Shown: piece by piece, positions 29,063 to 42,089 of the stretch | Position numbering within the stretch: the first letter of the stretch is position 1 | Layout of the letters: every line of letters begins with the position of its first letter | Source: Camelus dromedarius | Lineage: Eukaryota | DNA length: 64,000 bases | Assembly: GCF_036321535.1 (NCBI RefSeq) | Contig: NC_087437.1 | Coordinates: forward strand, 108,998,001 to 109,062,000 | Direction: 5' to 3' | The notes under the pieces: generated by a model | Seen by the model: only the letters and a program-made list of their open reading frames with translations | The model's database searches: none | Told to the model about the DNA's origin: nothing | Position numbers and translations under genes: made by a program

Positions 29063-30879
29063 ACCTACAGTGTTGAGGGCTCTTTTTTCTAGAAGTTGGA
29101 TTCAGGTCTTTTAAATATATTCCACAACTCTACTTAAAATGCTTAATCTTTCCTCTGCCTTCTTGGACATATGGAATATAGTTATAATAATAATTTTCAT
29201 GTCCTTATCTACTAATTCCATCATTCATATGCCTATTATTTCTTGATCAGTTTCTATTGATTGGTTTTTCTTTTTATGACGGATAGTCATATTTTCCTGC
29301 TTCTTTGTATACCTGGTAATATTTGATTGGATGCTAATTATTGCAAATTTTATTATGTTAGGGTCCTGGATTTTTTTTATTCTTGTAAATATTCTTGAGT
29401 TTTATTGGGATGAAATTATGAAGACAGTCTGATTCTTTCAAAGTTTTCTTTCAAGCTTTGTTAAGTGAGACCAGAGCAGCTTTTAGTTTACGACTAATTT
29501 TGCCCCACTATTTTGCCCCACCTCTGAAGTACTCTACCCAAGATTCCATAAAATATGAGATTTTCTACTCTGGCTTGCAGAAAACTGAACCCTGCATGAG
29601 CTCCAGTATTTGCTCCTTTTGTTCCTTTTAGGTGGCTCCTCTCCACCCTGCCCTCCTCATCCTCCAGCATTTTCTTCATAGGCATGTGCTGACCATTACT
29701 AAACTGAGGACTTGAGGAGGACTGTATGTGGATTGCTGGAGTTCTTTCCCTGTGTAGCTCCCTTTCTTTAGCATTCTGCTCTATGAAATTTCCAGCTGCC
29801 TTGGCTTCTCCAGCCTACCTGCCTGCAGTTCCATCTCCTCAACTCAGGCTGACCATGAACTCCACTTGGGTTCACTCCTCTCTAGGTAGTCTGGGGCACT
29901 CACAGGGCTCATCTTGTGTGTTTCTCCTCTCTCAGGGAGCACTGTCCTTTGTTGTCAGAATACAATGTCTCAAAACTATTGTTTTATACTGTTTTCCATT
30001 TTTTTTTTTTTTTGGTTGTTACTGGTTGGAGGGCAAATCTTGTCCTTGTTTTTCCATCTTGGTCACAAGCAGAAGTCCAGATGCCTTCCTCTGCAAAAAA
30101 ATTTTTTTTTTCTTTCCTCTCTGCTTTCTTTTCAAAGAATGTCGAGAGTAACTTGTTTCATCCTTTTCCCACAGGCAGTGTCATAAATCTTACATATTTC
30201 TATTTATGAATAAGTGGTAAAGAGGCCACACCTGTGTGACTTTCTTCCCTGGGGAGCCAAAGGAAACATACCTTTCATTTCTAGTATCTTCTATCATTGA
30301 ATTCTATCTGGGTGACTGATACTATTTATTGAAAGAAGGTTTAGTTCTTGCCCTCCTTTTCCTTTTTTAATGCCTTTTCAGGTGCTTCCAATACTATCTG
30401 ATTGAAACGCTGAATTTACGCTGATCGCTGTTCTGCATCAGTGGCCAAGAGTATAAGCCCTGACATCAGTCAGAGCTGGATCTGAGTCCCGGCTCAACCA
30501 CCAAATAATAGTGACGTTCCTTGAGCTCTTCCCACCTGGCCAGGCACTGTGTTGAGGGCTTTTTCATGAATTATTTCGCTTAATTCTCGTGACAGTGCTA
30601 CCCCATACCAAAGTTGGTATGATTAACCTAAGTTCCAAAATGGCGATCAGCATTAGGAGTCAAAATACCTGAGTTGAATCCTGGCATTACCCCTTACTAA
30701 ATCTGTGTTATTGGGGAAGTCCTTTAACCCAATAGGGCTGCTGTGAGGACTATAAGAGAAAAAAAATATGTATATATATGAGGCATTTAGCACATAAGTC
30801 CTCAATAAAAGATGACTAGTTGCATTATTTTTCTGTGAAGCACCAAGAATAAAAGGGATGTTACTTTATAATATTCAGA

Positions 30880-31360
30880 GACTTTTTTGGAACTCAATGA
30901 AGTGGGCATGAGAATGTACCTTCCAGGCCCTCAACTGCAGGGTGTAATTGTAATGGACCAAGGGCCGCACTTGCTAAGCTTTGCAATGCAAAGTTAACTT
31001 CTTTCGAGGCCATTCCTCCCATGGGCTGCTCCTTGATAGTGATGGAGTTTCGTGGGGAATACTAAAGCATGCCTGTTCAGGGAGGTATGGGACTCCAACC
31101 AGTATCAGTTTAGGTCCAAGGATATCCCGATGGCTTTGCTGAACCAAACTTAGGCTGTACCCCATTTCTAGGACACTTCCACGCAACCTTCTCGCCCTCT
31201 CTTTTTGGCTCAGGGTCAGAGTTTGCATTGAAGTGCGATGACTCTGCCAGTCTTTTTTAGCTCCCTCCTTACTTCCTTTTATGTTAAGTATTCCTCCTAA
31301 TCAAATACTTGCACGTTTAATCCCATTTGGAGTCTGCTTTTTTGGAGGGCCCCTACAATC
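30880..31360 (+). mobile_element. ERVL solo LTR (LTR16-like)
   Basis: 3' end cctaatcaaatacttgcacgtttaatcccatttggagtctgctt resembles LTR16. Confidence 0.6.
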
Positions 31361-32071
31361 ACACTTGAGTTCTTGTTTGGTTTACCCTGGTAATTATGCT
31401 AATCACAACTTGCAGAGACTGTTTCCTGGCCCCAATCTCAGGGAAATGATCACTATTGTTCTCCTTAGAAGTCTTTCTCCTTTCCTCCAGTGGTTCCTTT
31501 GGCTTCATTCCTTTAAGTTCCCACCACATCTTAGCACTGAGAGCCCCCCACCCTATCCCAACACACACTCTTCCCTGATTTTCCTTCTGGCCAGTTACTG
31601 AGTAGACCATTCTTCATCTGCTCCCTTTCTCTCTCCTTCTGGAAAGCTTGGATTGCCATCCTTCAGCAGAATGTTCAGTGGGGTCTACTTCCTGAATCTT
31701 TGTACTTTCTCAGTTTCAACTGCAGTATACTTTTGAGAATTTCCATGCAAATATCCTTTACACAACAAAGTTATGCATAATGAAATTTTACCTTTTTATG
31801 GTTCCTTCTTATAAGTCTACATTCTATACAAGCTTCCTTAAGTTTAAATACTCATTCAGGGTAATACTGGACCAATAAATTACTTTTCTGATCCTCAGAT
31901 TCCTCACCAGGAAACATGGATGGGCATACTTACCCTTTTGGTTGTTGTGAAGATTAAATGCAGTAACATATCAATGCACTCTAGCCCTGTGCCCAGCATT
32001 TAGCAACTGTTGGTGTGTTCCTCTGTTTAGGCAATTCAAAATCTAAGATAGTTCTGGTTGTGTTAAGAAGG

Positions 32072-32640
32072 CCCAATGTTCATAGCAGCACTATTTACAA
32101 TAGCCAAGGCATGGAATCAACCTAAATGTCCATCGACAGATGACTGGATAAAGAAGTTGTGGTATAGTTATACAAGGGAATACTACTCAGCCATAAAAAT
32201 AATAAAATAATGCCATTTGCAGCAACATGAGTGGATCTGGAGATTGTCATACTAAGTGAAGTAAGCCAGAAATAAAGAAAAATGCCATATGATATTACTT
32301 ACATACGGAATCTAAAAAAAGAGGCAAATGAACTTATTTACAAAACAGAAACAGACTCATAGACATAGAAAACAAACTTGTGGCTACCACAGGGGAAAGC
32401 CAGGGCAGGGGGAGTGGAGGGATAAACTGGGAGTTCAGGATTTGCAGATACTCACTACTATATATAAAATAGATAAACAATAAGATCTTACTGTATAGCA
32501 CAGGAAACTATATTTAATACCTTGTAAAAGCCTATAATGAAAAAGAATATGAAAGGGAATACATACATATGTATAACTGAATCACCATGCTGTACACCAG
32601 AAATTAACACAATGTAAACTGGCTATACTTCAATAAAAAA
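32072..32640 (+). mobile_element. LINE-1 3' end
   Basis: cccaatgttcatagcagcactatttacaatagccaag...tatacttcaataaaaaa; closely similar to the 19182 copy. Confidence 0.9.
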
Positions 32641-34729
32641 ATGGATTAGAAAAAACTCCTAAAATCACTTTATAATAGAATTGATAGACAATTTTTACAG
32701 AAATGACCACAAATCATGCTTAATAAATAAAGGTTATAACTACCCTTTGATCAATATAAAACTTTAAAACATGCATGTAAATCAATGTAAGAGGACAATA
32801 CTGGAATCCATGAATCCAAATCTATTTACTTGCATTTATTCATGGGGTTTTCAGGGAAAATATTTTAGGTGAGGGAAAGGGCTCTTGGTCAAGCGGCCCA
32901 AAGAGCTGCATGGCGTCGTTTGCTAGCCTTTGGCCTGAAAACTCAGCTTCCTCATTTTTTAAAATGAGGGCCATTTCTGTTTTATCTACTTTAGAGGGTG
33001 GTGTATTAAATGCAACAAAATCTATAAAAATGCTTTGTAAATGATCAAGAATTCAGTACATACATACAGCATATTGGCTGGTGGACAGACATATCTGAGT
33101 CTTTCCTGCTATTTGTACTTTTATGACATGAGTTATCCTTTATTTTTCTACTAATCATGATGAATTTATAACTTCTTAGGATATTATTTTCAAAATCATA
33201 TTCAAAGATGGATTTTTAATAACATTCTTACTGAATAGGTAACACTTGTTCCCAAAAGCTGTGCCAGCTTTTGGCAATAATTCTGCATTAGCCAGTCAGT
33301 ATCCTACTGTTCAGCATTCAGTCCCCTTCCGCTGCCCTTCCTGGCCCCATCATACTTCTTTAAGTGGTATGGCTCGCAGGTATAGATTCCTGCTTTCTTA
33401 TACTTACTTCTACTTTCCTGTCAAAATGCATTTGAACCCCATTTGCCATGAGTATTTTTACAGGCTTACTCTTACTAGAGTGATTGTAATTGTCCTTGGA
33501 GATGGCTTAATGTATTTGCCCTTTGAAAAAATTTTTAACAGAGAACTTTTGAACATGCAAAACCTTTATCCCCTCAAATTAATCTCCAAGGGATTTCAGG
33601 CATCAAGTAGAGAAGTAAGAGAGGCAGAGCTTGACCCCTCTGGCTCTGGTAACAGAAATATGGATTTTTGTCTATTAAAAATGATAAAAGTGTCTGTGAT
33701 TATCTTTTATTCCTTTCTACAGCACATCATGTGGTGCTTGCAAGTGGTTTTATGCTTGACTTCTCATTGCTAAGGATAAAGCATCAAATTATGTTAGAGC
33801 TTGTTTTTGGAAACCCAAGGGGCACATGTAGTTAATTAGAGATATGCCCTAGGTTTCCTTTCTTTGTTTATCCTAAGGGATATAAAATACATTCCCAATA
33901 GAGTTTCTTCTGGAAATCTTATTTAGCCAGGAGGCAATTTTCTAGTGTCCTAATAAATTTAAGTTGATGCTTTTAGAAGTCTAAGCTTAATATTAATTCT
34001 AAAGCCTCTTTTGACTTAGGAAAAATTCTCAAATTATTAGTATAGAAAGATATTTCCATTTGCTAAGTGGAATTCAATGTCTCCTAATTCCTACAGCTTC
34101 ATGCATAGATGTGGATTTTTAAATTTTTTGACTGCTATAAGTGGGTATGTCTCTTTCAATTCATGTAAACTACTGACTATGATGCAGCTTTTGATTATTC
34201 AGTTATAAAATGCATCATAAAAGAGAAAGAGTTTAAATAATCAGAATAATTCCATGCAATTTCTTATGTTTTCCCAATGTTTTTGCATTGCTAAAATCTA
34301 TGAAATTGTTTTGGAAAGATTTTAACTTCCTTTTTCCCCCCTTTGGCAGCTGTCCCATGTTTCAAAAGAGCCATTTCCTGGAATTTCATCAGCATATTTT
34401 TTTTACTGACTTAACTGCATCTCTGTTTTCTTATTTGTGATCCATTTACATCTAAAAGGATATGGCAATCCAGAAGTCAATAATAATGTTCTTCATAATT
34501 TTGTAATAAGGTGTAATTTTTGCCCTTCTCTTATTCTCAACTCTACTAGACTGCTGCTCACTGCCATTTGTTTGTCAGCTTCAGGGGTCTTATGCATAGA
34601 TTGTATATGTTCACAACAACCATTTATTCCTACGTAACCTAGGATGCACGACTTCTGTGTTCTCAGCGCATGTATTTAAATAGAATGATGTGGGAGGCCT
34701 GGTAAAGCCTTGAGATTAAGAAAAGGTAT

Positions 34730-35200
34730 CACTTAAGGTTGGCTTCATGTAATAAAAACAACTCTGGAAGCCTAACTGAATAGAGTTTTTCTTCTCTGGT
34801 ATAAAAAGAGTGAACCCCACAACCAGAGCAGGTCAGCAGCTCAAGGAAGTGGTCAAGGACCCGAGCTTTTTTCTAGCTTCCTGCTCTGCTATCCTTAGAG
34901 TGTGATTCTCATCCTCATGGATGAAAGAAAACAGCCCCACCTCCTGTCATGCAACACAGGGAGGGCAGAGGGCAAAATTGTATACCTGTTGACTTGGTCT
35001 TTTGTTATCAGGAAAGTAAGAGCTTTCCTGGAAGTTCCACTGAGTGCCTATGTGCTTACATCTGTTGACCAGAACTAGGTCATCTGGCTAAGGGAGCCTG
35101 GGGAGGTGTTTTTAAGTGTTTTTAAGCACATACTCAGTCAGAATGGAAAGGAAGAAGAGGGAATGGATATTGGGTAGACAACTAGCAGTGTTTGTCCAAA
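34730..35200 (-). mobile_element. MaLR solo LTR (MLT1J/K/L-like)
   Basis: cttcctgctctgctatccttag, gaccagaactaggtcat and gggaatggatattgggtagacaactagcag. Confidence 0.65.
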
Positions 35201-35687
35201 AGGAATTTAGGAAAAGGGAAGTGAATGGGGGATAAAGTGCCCCCAGTCAAAGGTCACTAGTAATAAGTACAGGGTGTTCCTGTGAAGGAGGTACGACCTG
35301 GACCAGGTCATCTCGGGCTTTACCGTCTCACACTCAGCATGATTCTGTACTTGCAGGACAGAACTCCAAACTGTGGACGTACCAGTGGTGATCAGTCTTT
35401 TGGATGCACACTTACTCAAAGCTGCAGAGGCAGGAAGAAAATCGGAAAGATGATTTATTTGTTTACAATGAGAACATTGCCAGCAAATGTACCAAATGTT
35501 GATGCTCACTAGCCAGACAACCTCTCCCTGTAGGCAGAGGTATATGCAAAGCAAATCATTAGAAAGAAATCTAACAGCGATGTAAGTGGCGTGACCTGGA
35601 CAGCTAATCTAGTGGAACCAAGACACGATAGCTCTCAGCTCTCATCCTCCCCATGCCCTGTAGGTAACAGTACTGAGCAATAAAATA

Positions 35688-36100
35688 CAGGTTTCCTCAC
35701 TTTCTGAGAAAGTAGAATGATGCTGTGAAACCTTTTGCAAGCTGAAATGGCAGAAAGTGAAGAAGCAACTACCTTAGGACACATCTTGCTAATGAACACA
35801 CAAGATAAATTGAGGAAACACAGATGCTCAGACACGGCTCAAAGCTATGCTGAGACCCTGAGTGTAGTTCCCAGGGAAGGAGCTTGGTGGTGCCACTCTT
35901 GATGCTCAGGGTGCACACTCCCTCTATAATGCATGGCTCACTGGAAAACAAAAACTGAATGCAATTTTCACTTTCCCTCTTTTTTTCATAAAAAAAATTC
36001 TCTCCATATTTCTTTTGGTTAGCAAAAATAAGTACTAATGTAGGTATTTTGTAAAATTGAAATGGTGTAAAAATAACTTTTGAAAAGTAGGGGATACCTG
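35688..36100. mobile_element. TcMar-Tigger MITE (MER47B-like)
   Basis: TIRs CAGGTTTCCTCACTTT / AAAAGTAGGGGATACCTG with a TA duplication on both sides (35686-35687, 36101-36102). Confidence 0.85.
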
Positions 36101-36289
36101 TACCATGTCCTTGTCTGACACACGTCACTCCTCACACCCCAGGGCCAGGGATGTGTTGCCCGTGTTTGTGCCTCTGGCTCTTCTCTTCTTGGCTTCAGAT
36201 TTTGATAAACTCCTCTTTTTGACAGTCACTGTCTTTCCTATGTGTTGATATAGTCACTCTGGTTATCCCCAAGTCTTGATCTGGTGAAA

Positions 36290-36680
36290 CAAGTCAGGGA
36301 ACTGGCAGGAAACATATAGGACCACTCACAAGGGTGAGGGCAGCTAACCTGCCAAGAGACAGTGGTGCACCCGGGAGCAACCAAGGTGAGGAGTTATCAC
36401 CACCCCTAGAATGATATTCTTTCGCTGTAACTCTAGGGGAAGGCTGCCCTAGAGCTGCTGAAACTTGGTTAGAAGAACAGAGCTGTAGCCAATCTGCTGC
36501 TGGGCAGGGACACAGCTGTGTCCCTGCCAACACCTCCCATTATCCAAGTACAACCAGAAGCGAGGGACCAGGGGACCCCCCTGGATGCTGTGCCCAGAGA
36601 GCAGCCTTCAGGGGCACAGAGCAGGGCAGGAAAGACTGGACAGGAAATCTGGAATGGTCAGTGGTGAAAATCCAGCTCCC
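36290..36680 (-). mobile_element. ERVL solo LTR (LTR33/LTR41-like)
   Basis: cccattatccaagtacaaccagaagc...ggggcacagagcagggc, the reverse of the LTR33-type 5' end. Confidence 0.55.
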
Positions 36681-37143
36681 CCAAGTGACCATTCTATCTC
36701 TTTATGATAGTATGAGTATCTCTCCTCTGATCCCATAGGTCTCATTTGATAACTTTTAAATCTCAGAGGTTATTCATTGTACTTCATTTCTGAAGTACTT
36801 CCTACATATGGCACCCCAGTCTAAGAAATGTGCTGTTGTAATGGGGGTCACAGTCTGCGCCCATTTTTTCTTCTTCTAAGAGCTCAGTACTTCTTCCTCC
36901 CATGGTGGTCACTCTTGCCCAATTCCTAGTCAGTTCATTATAAACAGTTTCCCTTTCTACCCGGCTGCTAGGAAGCTATAGAGAATTCTATAGCTCACCT
37001 TTGTCAAGGATATGTTTTGTGATATGTTCTTTTAGCTTCTTTTGGGCTCCATTGTACTTTTTTCCACTTATTTTTTCTCCCTTTATTCCTTGTTTTAATT
37101 TACATACACATGTCTCATACTGGAGCATGAGTACATACAGGTT

Positions 37144-37388
37144 AGGGTTATTCAACCTTGGCACTATTGATGCTTTGGGCCAGAGAATTCTTCATTGCGA
37201 ATGGGGAATAAGGAGTCTTTATTCACAAAGTATTTTATCCATGGGAACTCTCCTCTACATTGTAGGATTTCTAGCAGCATCTCTGGCCCCTGCCTACTAG
37301 GTACCAGTAGCATCCCCTGACACTTCTCGCCCCATATCAATACCAGTATCTCCTGGGAGGCAAAACCATCCTCTGTTGAAACCCACTG
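37144..37388. mobile_element. hAT-Charlie MITE (MER20-like)
   Basis: tcaaccttggcactattga...cattgtagga...tagcagcatc...ggcaaaac...gttgaaacccactg. Confidence 0.75.
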
Positions 37389-38289
37389 CCCTAGGTGAAT
37401 GAAGTGTACATGCCAGAGATGAAGTAAAACTATGAGTTAAAATACGGCACCTCTACTAGTTATGTCAGTTTTACTTAAAAATATATATATTTTGAGAACA
37501 CTTTTATTAAAACAAATATATTACAGAGTAGAATCTAACTCCTGCACACATTTTAAAGATGAAAGATCAAGTGCCTGCCGCAGGCTATAATTCTTGGCGC
37601 AAACATCAACAAATACACGTAACAAAGCTATGGGGCCGGATTCTTCTGCCCTTCCCAGACACGTTACTGTGGTTGAAGGCTCTTGCTTGCTGTTTCCGAC
37701 AGCACCAAGCACTAACTTCACTGCTGCCCCAGGAAGGCCCTTGCACCGAACACTTAGTACCTTTACCGCAGGCTTGGGGGGCTGGTTACATCATGCTTTC
37801 CGCAGACTTCTGTCATCTCTCTGCCTCCAGCCATACTCTTTTCTCCTCTTTTATCACCTGCCCCTCACCACCCACCCCACCCCTTCCCTGCTATTGGGTG
37901 CAGAACAGTCAGGCTACACTCAGAATCCTGAGGGTCCCATTTTGTACCCACAAGCACTTATATGTATGTGTGTGTATGTGTATATGTATACACATATGTA
38001 TGATTATATGTATGATTTTCTAACAGTTTCAGAGAGAATGACAATTTCTCTATTTTTTTATATAAATATATTCAGCAGAGTGAGGGGATTTTGGGGCACA
38101 ATTAATTTGTAATTGAAGAAAATCTCAAGTGTCATTTCAGACCAAGAAGCTTGACATAGGCTTAAAATTAAACAGTCTTTTCTACATATTTTCTGTTTTA
38201 TTAATCTGAGCTTTCCTCCAAGCCTTAATCATTGGGCTTGCGGGTCTTCTCAGAAATTTAATTACATTTGTATGCTCTAGTCCAGCATC

Positions 38290-38785
38290 AGGTATTCTCT
38301 TTAACCAAGCCACCCCAAAACTGAGTGCCTTAAACTAGCAATCATTTTATTATCTTATAGTTCTATGAGTTCACTGGGCTCCACTGGGAGTTTTGTTTGT
38401 TTTGGTTTTGGTTTTTTTGGGCGGGGGCTGGAGTCATTCATAACCTTGACCAGAACAGAACATCCAAGTTGGTTTGCTCACATGACACATTTGATGCTGA
38501 CTATTGGCTGGTTGCTCTGTTGGGGCTGTTGACCGGAGAGGCTACATATATGTCCCTTGCTGGGTTTTTCACAACATGGTGGCTTGTTTCTGAGACAGTG
38601 TCCCAAGAAAGAGGAAGTGGGAGATGCCAATCCGAAGACTAGACCCAGAACTAACAGCATCACTTCTGCAGTGTTCTCTTGGCCATGCAGTTACAGGGCC
38701 AGTCCAGATTCAAGGAGATAGAAAATAAATTCCCCTTCTTGATGGGGAGATTGACAAAAAATTTGTGGCCATTTTTAATCCCCAG
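38290..38785 (-). mobile_element. MaLR solo LTR (MLT1H/I-like)
   Basis: ccaccccaaaactgagtgccttaaac...catcacttctgc...ccagattcaagg. Confidence 0.65.
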
Positions 38786-38947
38786 TTGGTTTTTAGAGGC
38801 ACAAGAATCTTTCCTCATTTGGACCCTACGTTGAGCCACTTTGGTTGTCATTAAATCTGGTATCTCAGCAGCACCTCTCTCACCAATTTGACCCCTGTCA
38901 CATTGAGTTCTGCTCCAGTACTGTCTTCTTTCTTTCCCTTTTACTGA

Positions 38948-39105
38948 CTTTTTAGAAAACTGAAGCATAGCTGATTTACAATATTATGTAAGTTACAAAT
39001 GAACAATATAGTGAGCCACAATTTTTAAAAGCTATACTCCATTTATAGTAACTATAAAATATTGACTATATTCTCAGTGTTGTACCGTATCTTTTGGTAG
39101 CTTGA
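38948..39105 (-). mobile_element. L1 3' tail fragment
   Basis: gatttacaatattatgtaag...tatactccatttatag...aaaatattgactatattc; similar to the 27400 copy. Confidence 0.75.
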
Positions 39106-39714
39106 CAATTTCTGCATTTTTTTTTTTTAATCTTAGAAGTTGTGAACATCTCAAGTCAGAGGCTATATTTCTTTTACTTCACCTTTCATTTCAGATATCA
39201 GGTAGACATTAAGGTGTGTTTTCCCATCTTGCTCCAGGAAGCCTCATTGTCTTCTAATGAAATATGTTCATTTTCCACAAAAATCTTTCAACCTGGGTGG
39301 GTATGGGTGGCCGGGCTTTAATTCATAATCATTTTTTGAGGGAAGAAGTGTCGACTGGCAGTTTTTCAAGCTGTGGAGACCTATTCTTGTTTTATCTTGG
39401 TAGTCAAATCTCTCACAGTTTAAAACTCAGTTTTTTCAACCCTCAAATTCTGTTGATTAAATTAGTTAATGAATATTTACAGACAAAAGGAGCTAAGGCA
39501 ATGCAAATGGAGTGAGGTTCTCTAGAATCAGCTCTAAAAGCAATTACATGACTTAAAGACCTCTACACACTCTCTTCAGCCCATGGGATAAAGTCCAGAC
39601 TCTAGGCCCAGTGCATGAGGCTCTTCCCATTCTGACTTGGTTTTATTTCATTCTCTAGTTTTATTTATTTATTTATTTTTGCCCTGTACCTACTGTACAT
39701 CATAAACTCTAACT

Positions 39715-39886
39715 CAGTACCTTCTCAAGTGTGGTTTGAAGACCGTCTGCCTCACTATTAAAAATACAGACCCTTGGGGCATTTGCAGACTTATGAAATT
39801 AGAATCCTTGGGGGCAGAGCCCAGGAATCTGCATTTTTAACAAGTACCCTAGAGATTCTTCAACATACTAATGTTTGAGAGTCACT
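39715..39886. mobile_element. hAT-Charlie MITE (MER5-like)
   Basis: ttctcaagtgtgg...cccaggaatctgcatttttaacaag...gtttgagagtcact. Confidence 0.75.
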
Positions 39887-41379
39887 CCTAACCTCCTTGA
39901 TATTCTCAACACCTTGATATATCTTTGTAAGACTTTTCAAATAATGTAACAGATCAGAGCATATGCTAGAAACTATCTCAGCCATTTATCCACAGTGAAA
40001 AAGGAGAAGGGTTCCTCCCAAGGAAACTGAAAAGGTGTGGGAGGAAGGAAGAACAGAATTCCATTGGTTTAGGATGGAAGAAGAGTTAAGCCTCAAAAAT
40101 GCCCTGGGAAGGGTGTAAGTACCCCAATTCTATGTCTATTCCTAGATGTTTTTCTTCTTTTCTCACTAAATATTTGTACCCCATGATGAATTCAAGCAGC
40201 CTGGAATGCCATCTACCTCCTGCCTCTGGGCTATTGCATAAACTCACGCCTCCCTGGACTGCAGGGCTCCATTCTTCCCAGTGAAGACCCGGTGCAAATG
40301 GTACCTCTTGCCCCAATTCTGGGTCATGGTGAATCACTTCAACCTTTGGACTCCCGTGTAATTTCACTCATGTCATTTTCTCGTGTATTTTGGATGTAAC
40401 TCAAATATTCCCTGAGTACAAATGCAGTCATGTTAGTGATAATATCTGACTTTATTTACTTGGTAGCCTTTTTTGCCCCGGGAGATCCAGGGCTGTCTTC
40501 CTGTGTGCGGGAATGAGCCCACACATCCCGGTGCTGTTCCTGTCCAGCCACCAATTTCCCTGTATTTCTCGCCCTAAACTCAAAAGCCAATGGCAAAATC
40601 GCTTCCCACAATCCGAAGGCCAATGAGGTTGGCTGGCACAGTGCCACCGTGCTGGGGGCTCCTAGATTGGCAGTCGTAGGCTTTGCCAGGTGCGCATCTT
40701 TTCGCAGAGTAATTCCAGACATGCTAAATGGCTTGGGAGCATAATTTTAAAACCGACAATGAAAGCCTGACCCGAGCTTGAGATGAGCTGGCTGACACCA
40801 CTGGGCTCTGAACCTGTCTCCCAAGTTTCCTGGCAACCGCTGCGTGAAGGGAACACCTGTTAGCCGACGCCGTTGTTTTCATTGTCAATCAGAAGCAGGG
40901 CTGCCAGATGCTTTCCACAAAATCCTAGATGCACTTGATGTATCCCTATCAACTAGCTCAAATACTGCGAACCTGGGCGCCCGGCCATCCCCGAGGGAAG
41001 GCAGAGGAGGGGCTCTGCCGCTGCGGCTTCCAGAAGCCACCCCTGAGGGCCGGCGTTCGCCCTCCCCTCTGTTGTCTGCTGGCACTCGATCCCGGGTGGC
41101 CTGGCACCACTTAGAGCGAGCAGGCCGTCAGGCTTCTCCTTTCTGCCCTCAGCAGGAGAGAAGGAGGTGGTCCTCAGGTGGCTTTACGGTTCAGATAGCG
41201 GACTGTGCTCGCAAAGGGGCGCCGCGCGCGGAGACGGCGGGATCCCGCCATTGCAGCCTCCCGGAGGCCTGCCCACCCCGCCCCCGGCTCTCGCGATCCC
41301 TCCCCTCAACTCCTCGCGTGGGCTTCAGGCAGCGAGGATTGAGCCACAGGGATCCGCGGACTCAGGATTCGCGGCAGAC

Positions 41380-41508
41380 GGGGCGGGGCCTCTAGGGAGG
41401 GCGGGGCTTTGGAGCTACGGAGCGGGAAGGGCCGGACCTCGCGAAGCAGGCCTACGGGGCGGGGCCTCGAGAGGCGGAGGGCGGGGCTTTGGTCCGGGAG
41501 GGGGCGGT
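41380..41508 (+). promoter_or_regulatory. Sp/KLF GC-box array
   Basis: GGGGCGGGGC at 41380 and 41456, GGGCGGGGC at 41399 and 41479, GGGGCGG at 41501; no TATA box before exon 1. Confidence 0.8.
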
Positions 41509-41530
41509 GGCCGCGGCGGCGGAGGGGAGG

Positions 41531-41590
41531 GGAGGGAAGAGAAGGGGAGGAGAGGGAAGAGAAGGGGAGGGGAGGGAAGAGAAGGGGAGG
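41531..41590 (+). repeat. 3 x 20-bp purine tandem repeat (GGAGGGAAGAGAAGGGGAGG)
   Basis: Units at 41531, 41551 (one mismatch) and 41571, inside a purine-only tract 41521-41593. Confidence 0.9.
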
Positions 41591-41612
41591 GGGCGGCCGG
41601 CCGCGGGGAGGG

Positions 41613-41694
41613 AGTGAGTCACCTGATCTCTGCCGGCGCCACCCGCCCCGTTCGCTGGCTGCCGTCAGTCGGGCCGCGCCGCGTCTCGGCTCTG
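41613..41694 (+). other. BACH1: BACH1 non-coding exon 1 (TSS approximate)
   Basis: AGTGAGTCACCTGA...CAGTCGGGCCGCGCCGCGTCTCGGCTCTG followed by a consensus donor GTGAGT at 41695. Lies in the CpG island just downstream of the GC boxes and resembles the recalled human BACH1 mRNA 5' end. Confidence 0.8.
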
Positions 41695-42089
41695 GTGAGT
41701 GGCTCCCAGTCCCGCGCGCCCTTCCCCGGGAGGGTCCGCTCGGCGGCGGCGGCGCGCGGTCAGGGCCGCGGGCCTGTGAGGGGCGGCTCGCGGGCAGGTC
41801 CGGGGCAGGCGGCGAGGGGGGCCCCGGGCGGCTGCTTTCTAGGCGGGGATCCCTCAGCGGGCGGCTGCGGCTCCGGTTCCTGGAAGGGGCCGCGTCCGCC
41901 GAAAGGGGCGACCGGTCGGCGCCCCTTGGCCGGGTGCGCGGCCAGCGCCGTTGTTTACGGGCCCGCTGTACTTTACCCCCGGGCGGGCGGGCTGGCGGGG
42001 GGCGGGGATGTACCGGGCCGCGGGTCCGGGCGCCCGCGCCCCCACCCCCGCCCCTCGGCCCCGCCAGTCCGCGGCCCGCCCGGGCTGTG

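Noticed and set aside
33246..33773. 175-aa ORF
   Set aside because: TTG start, no domain similarity I recognise, no coding-like composition or convincing exon structure.
37559..38112. Overlapping 154- and 172-aa ORFs
   Set aside because: No recognisable homology; both run through a (TG/TA)-rich low-complexity tract.
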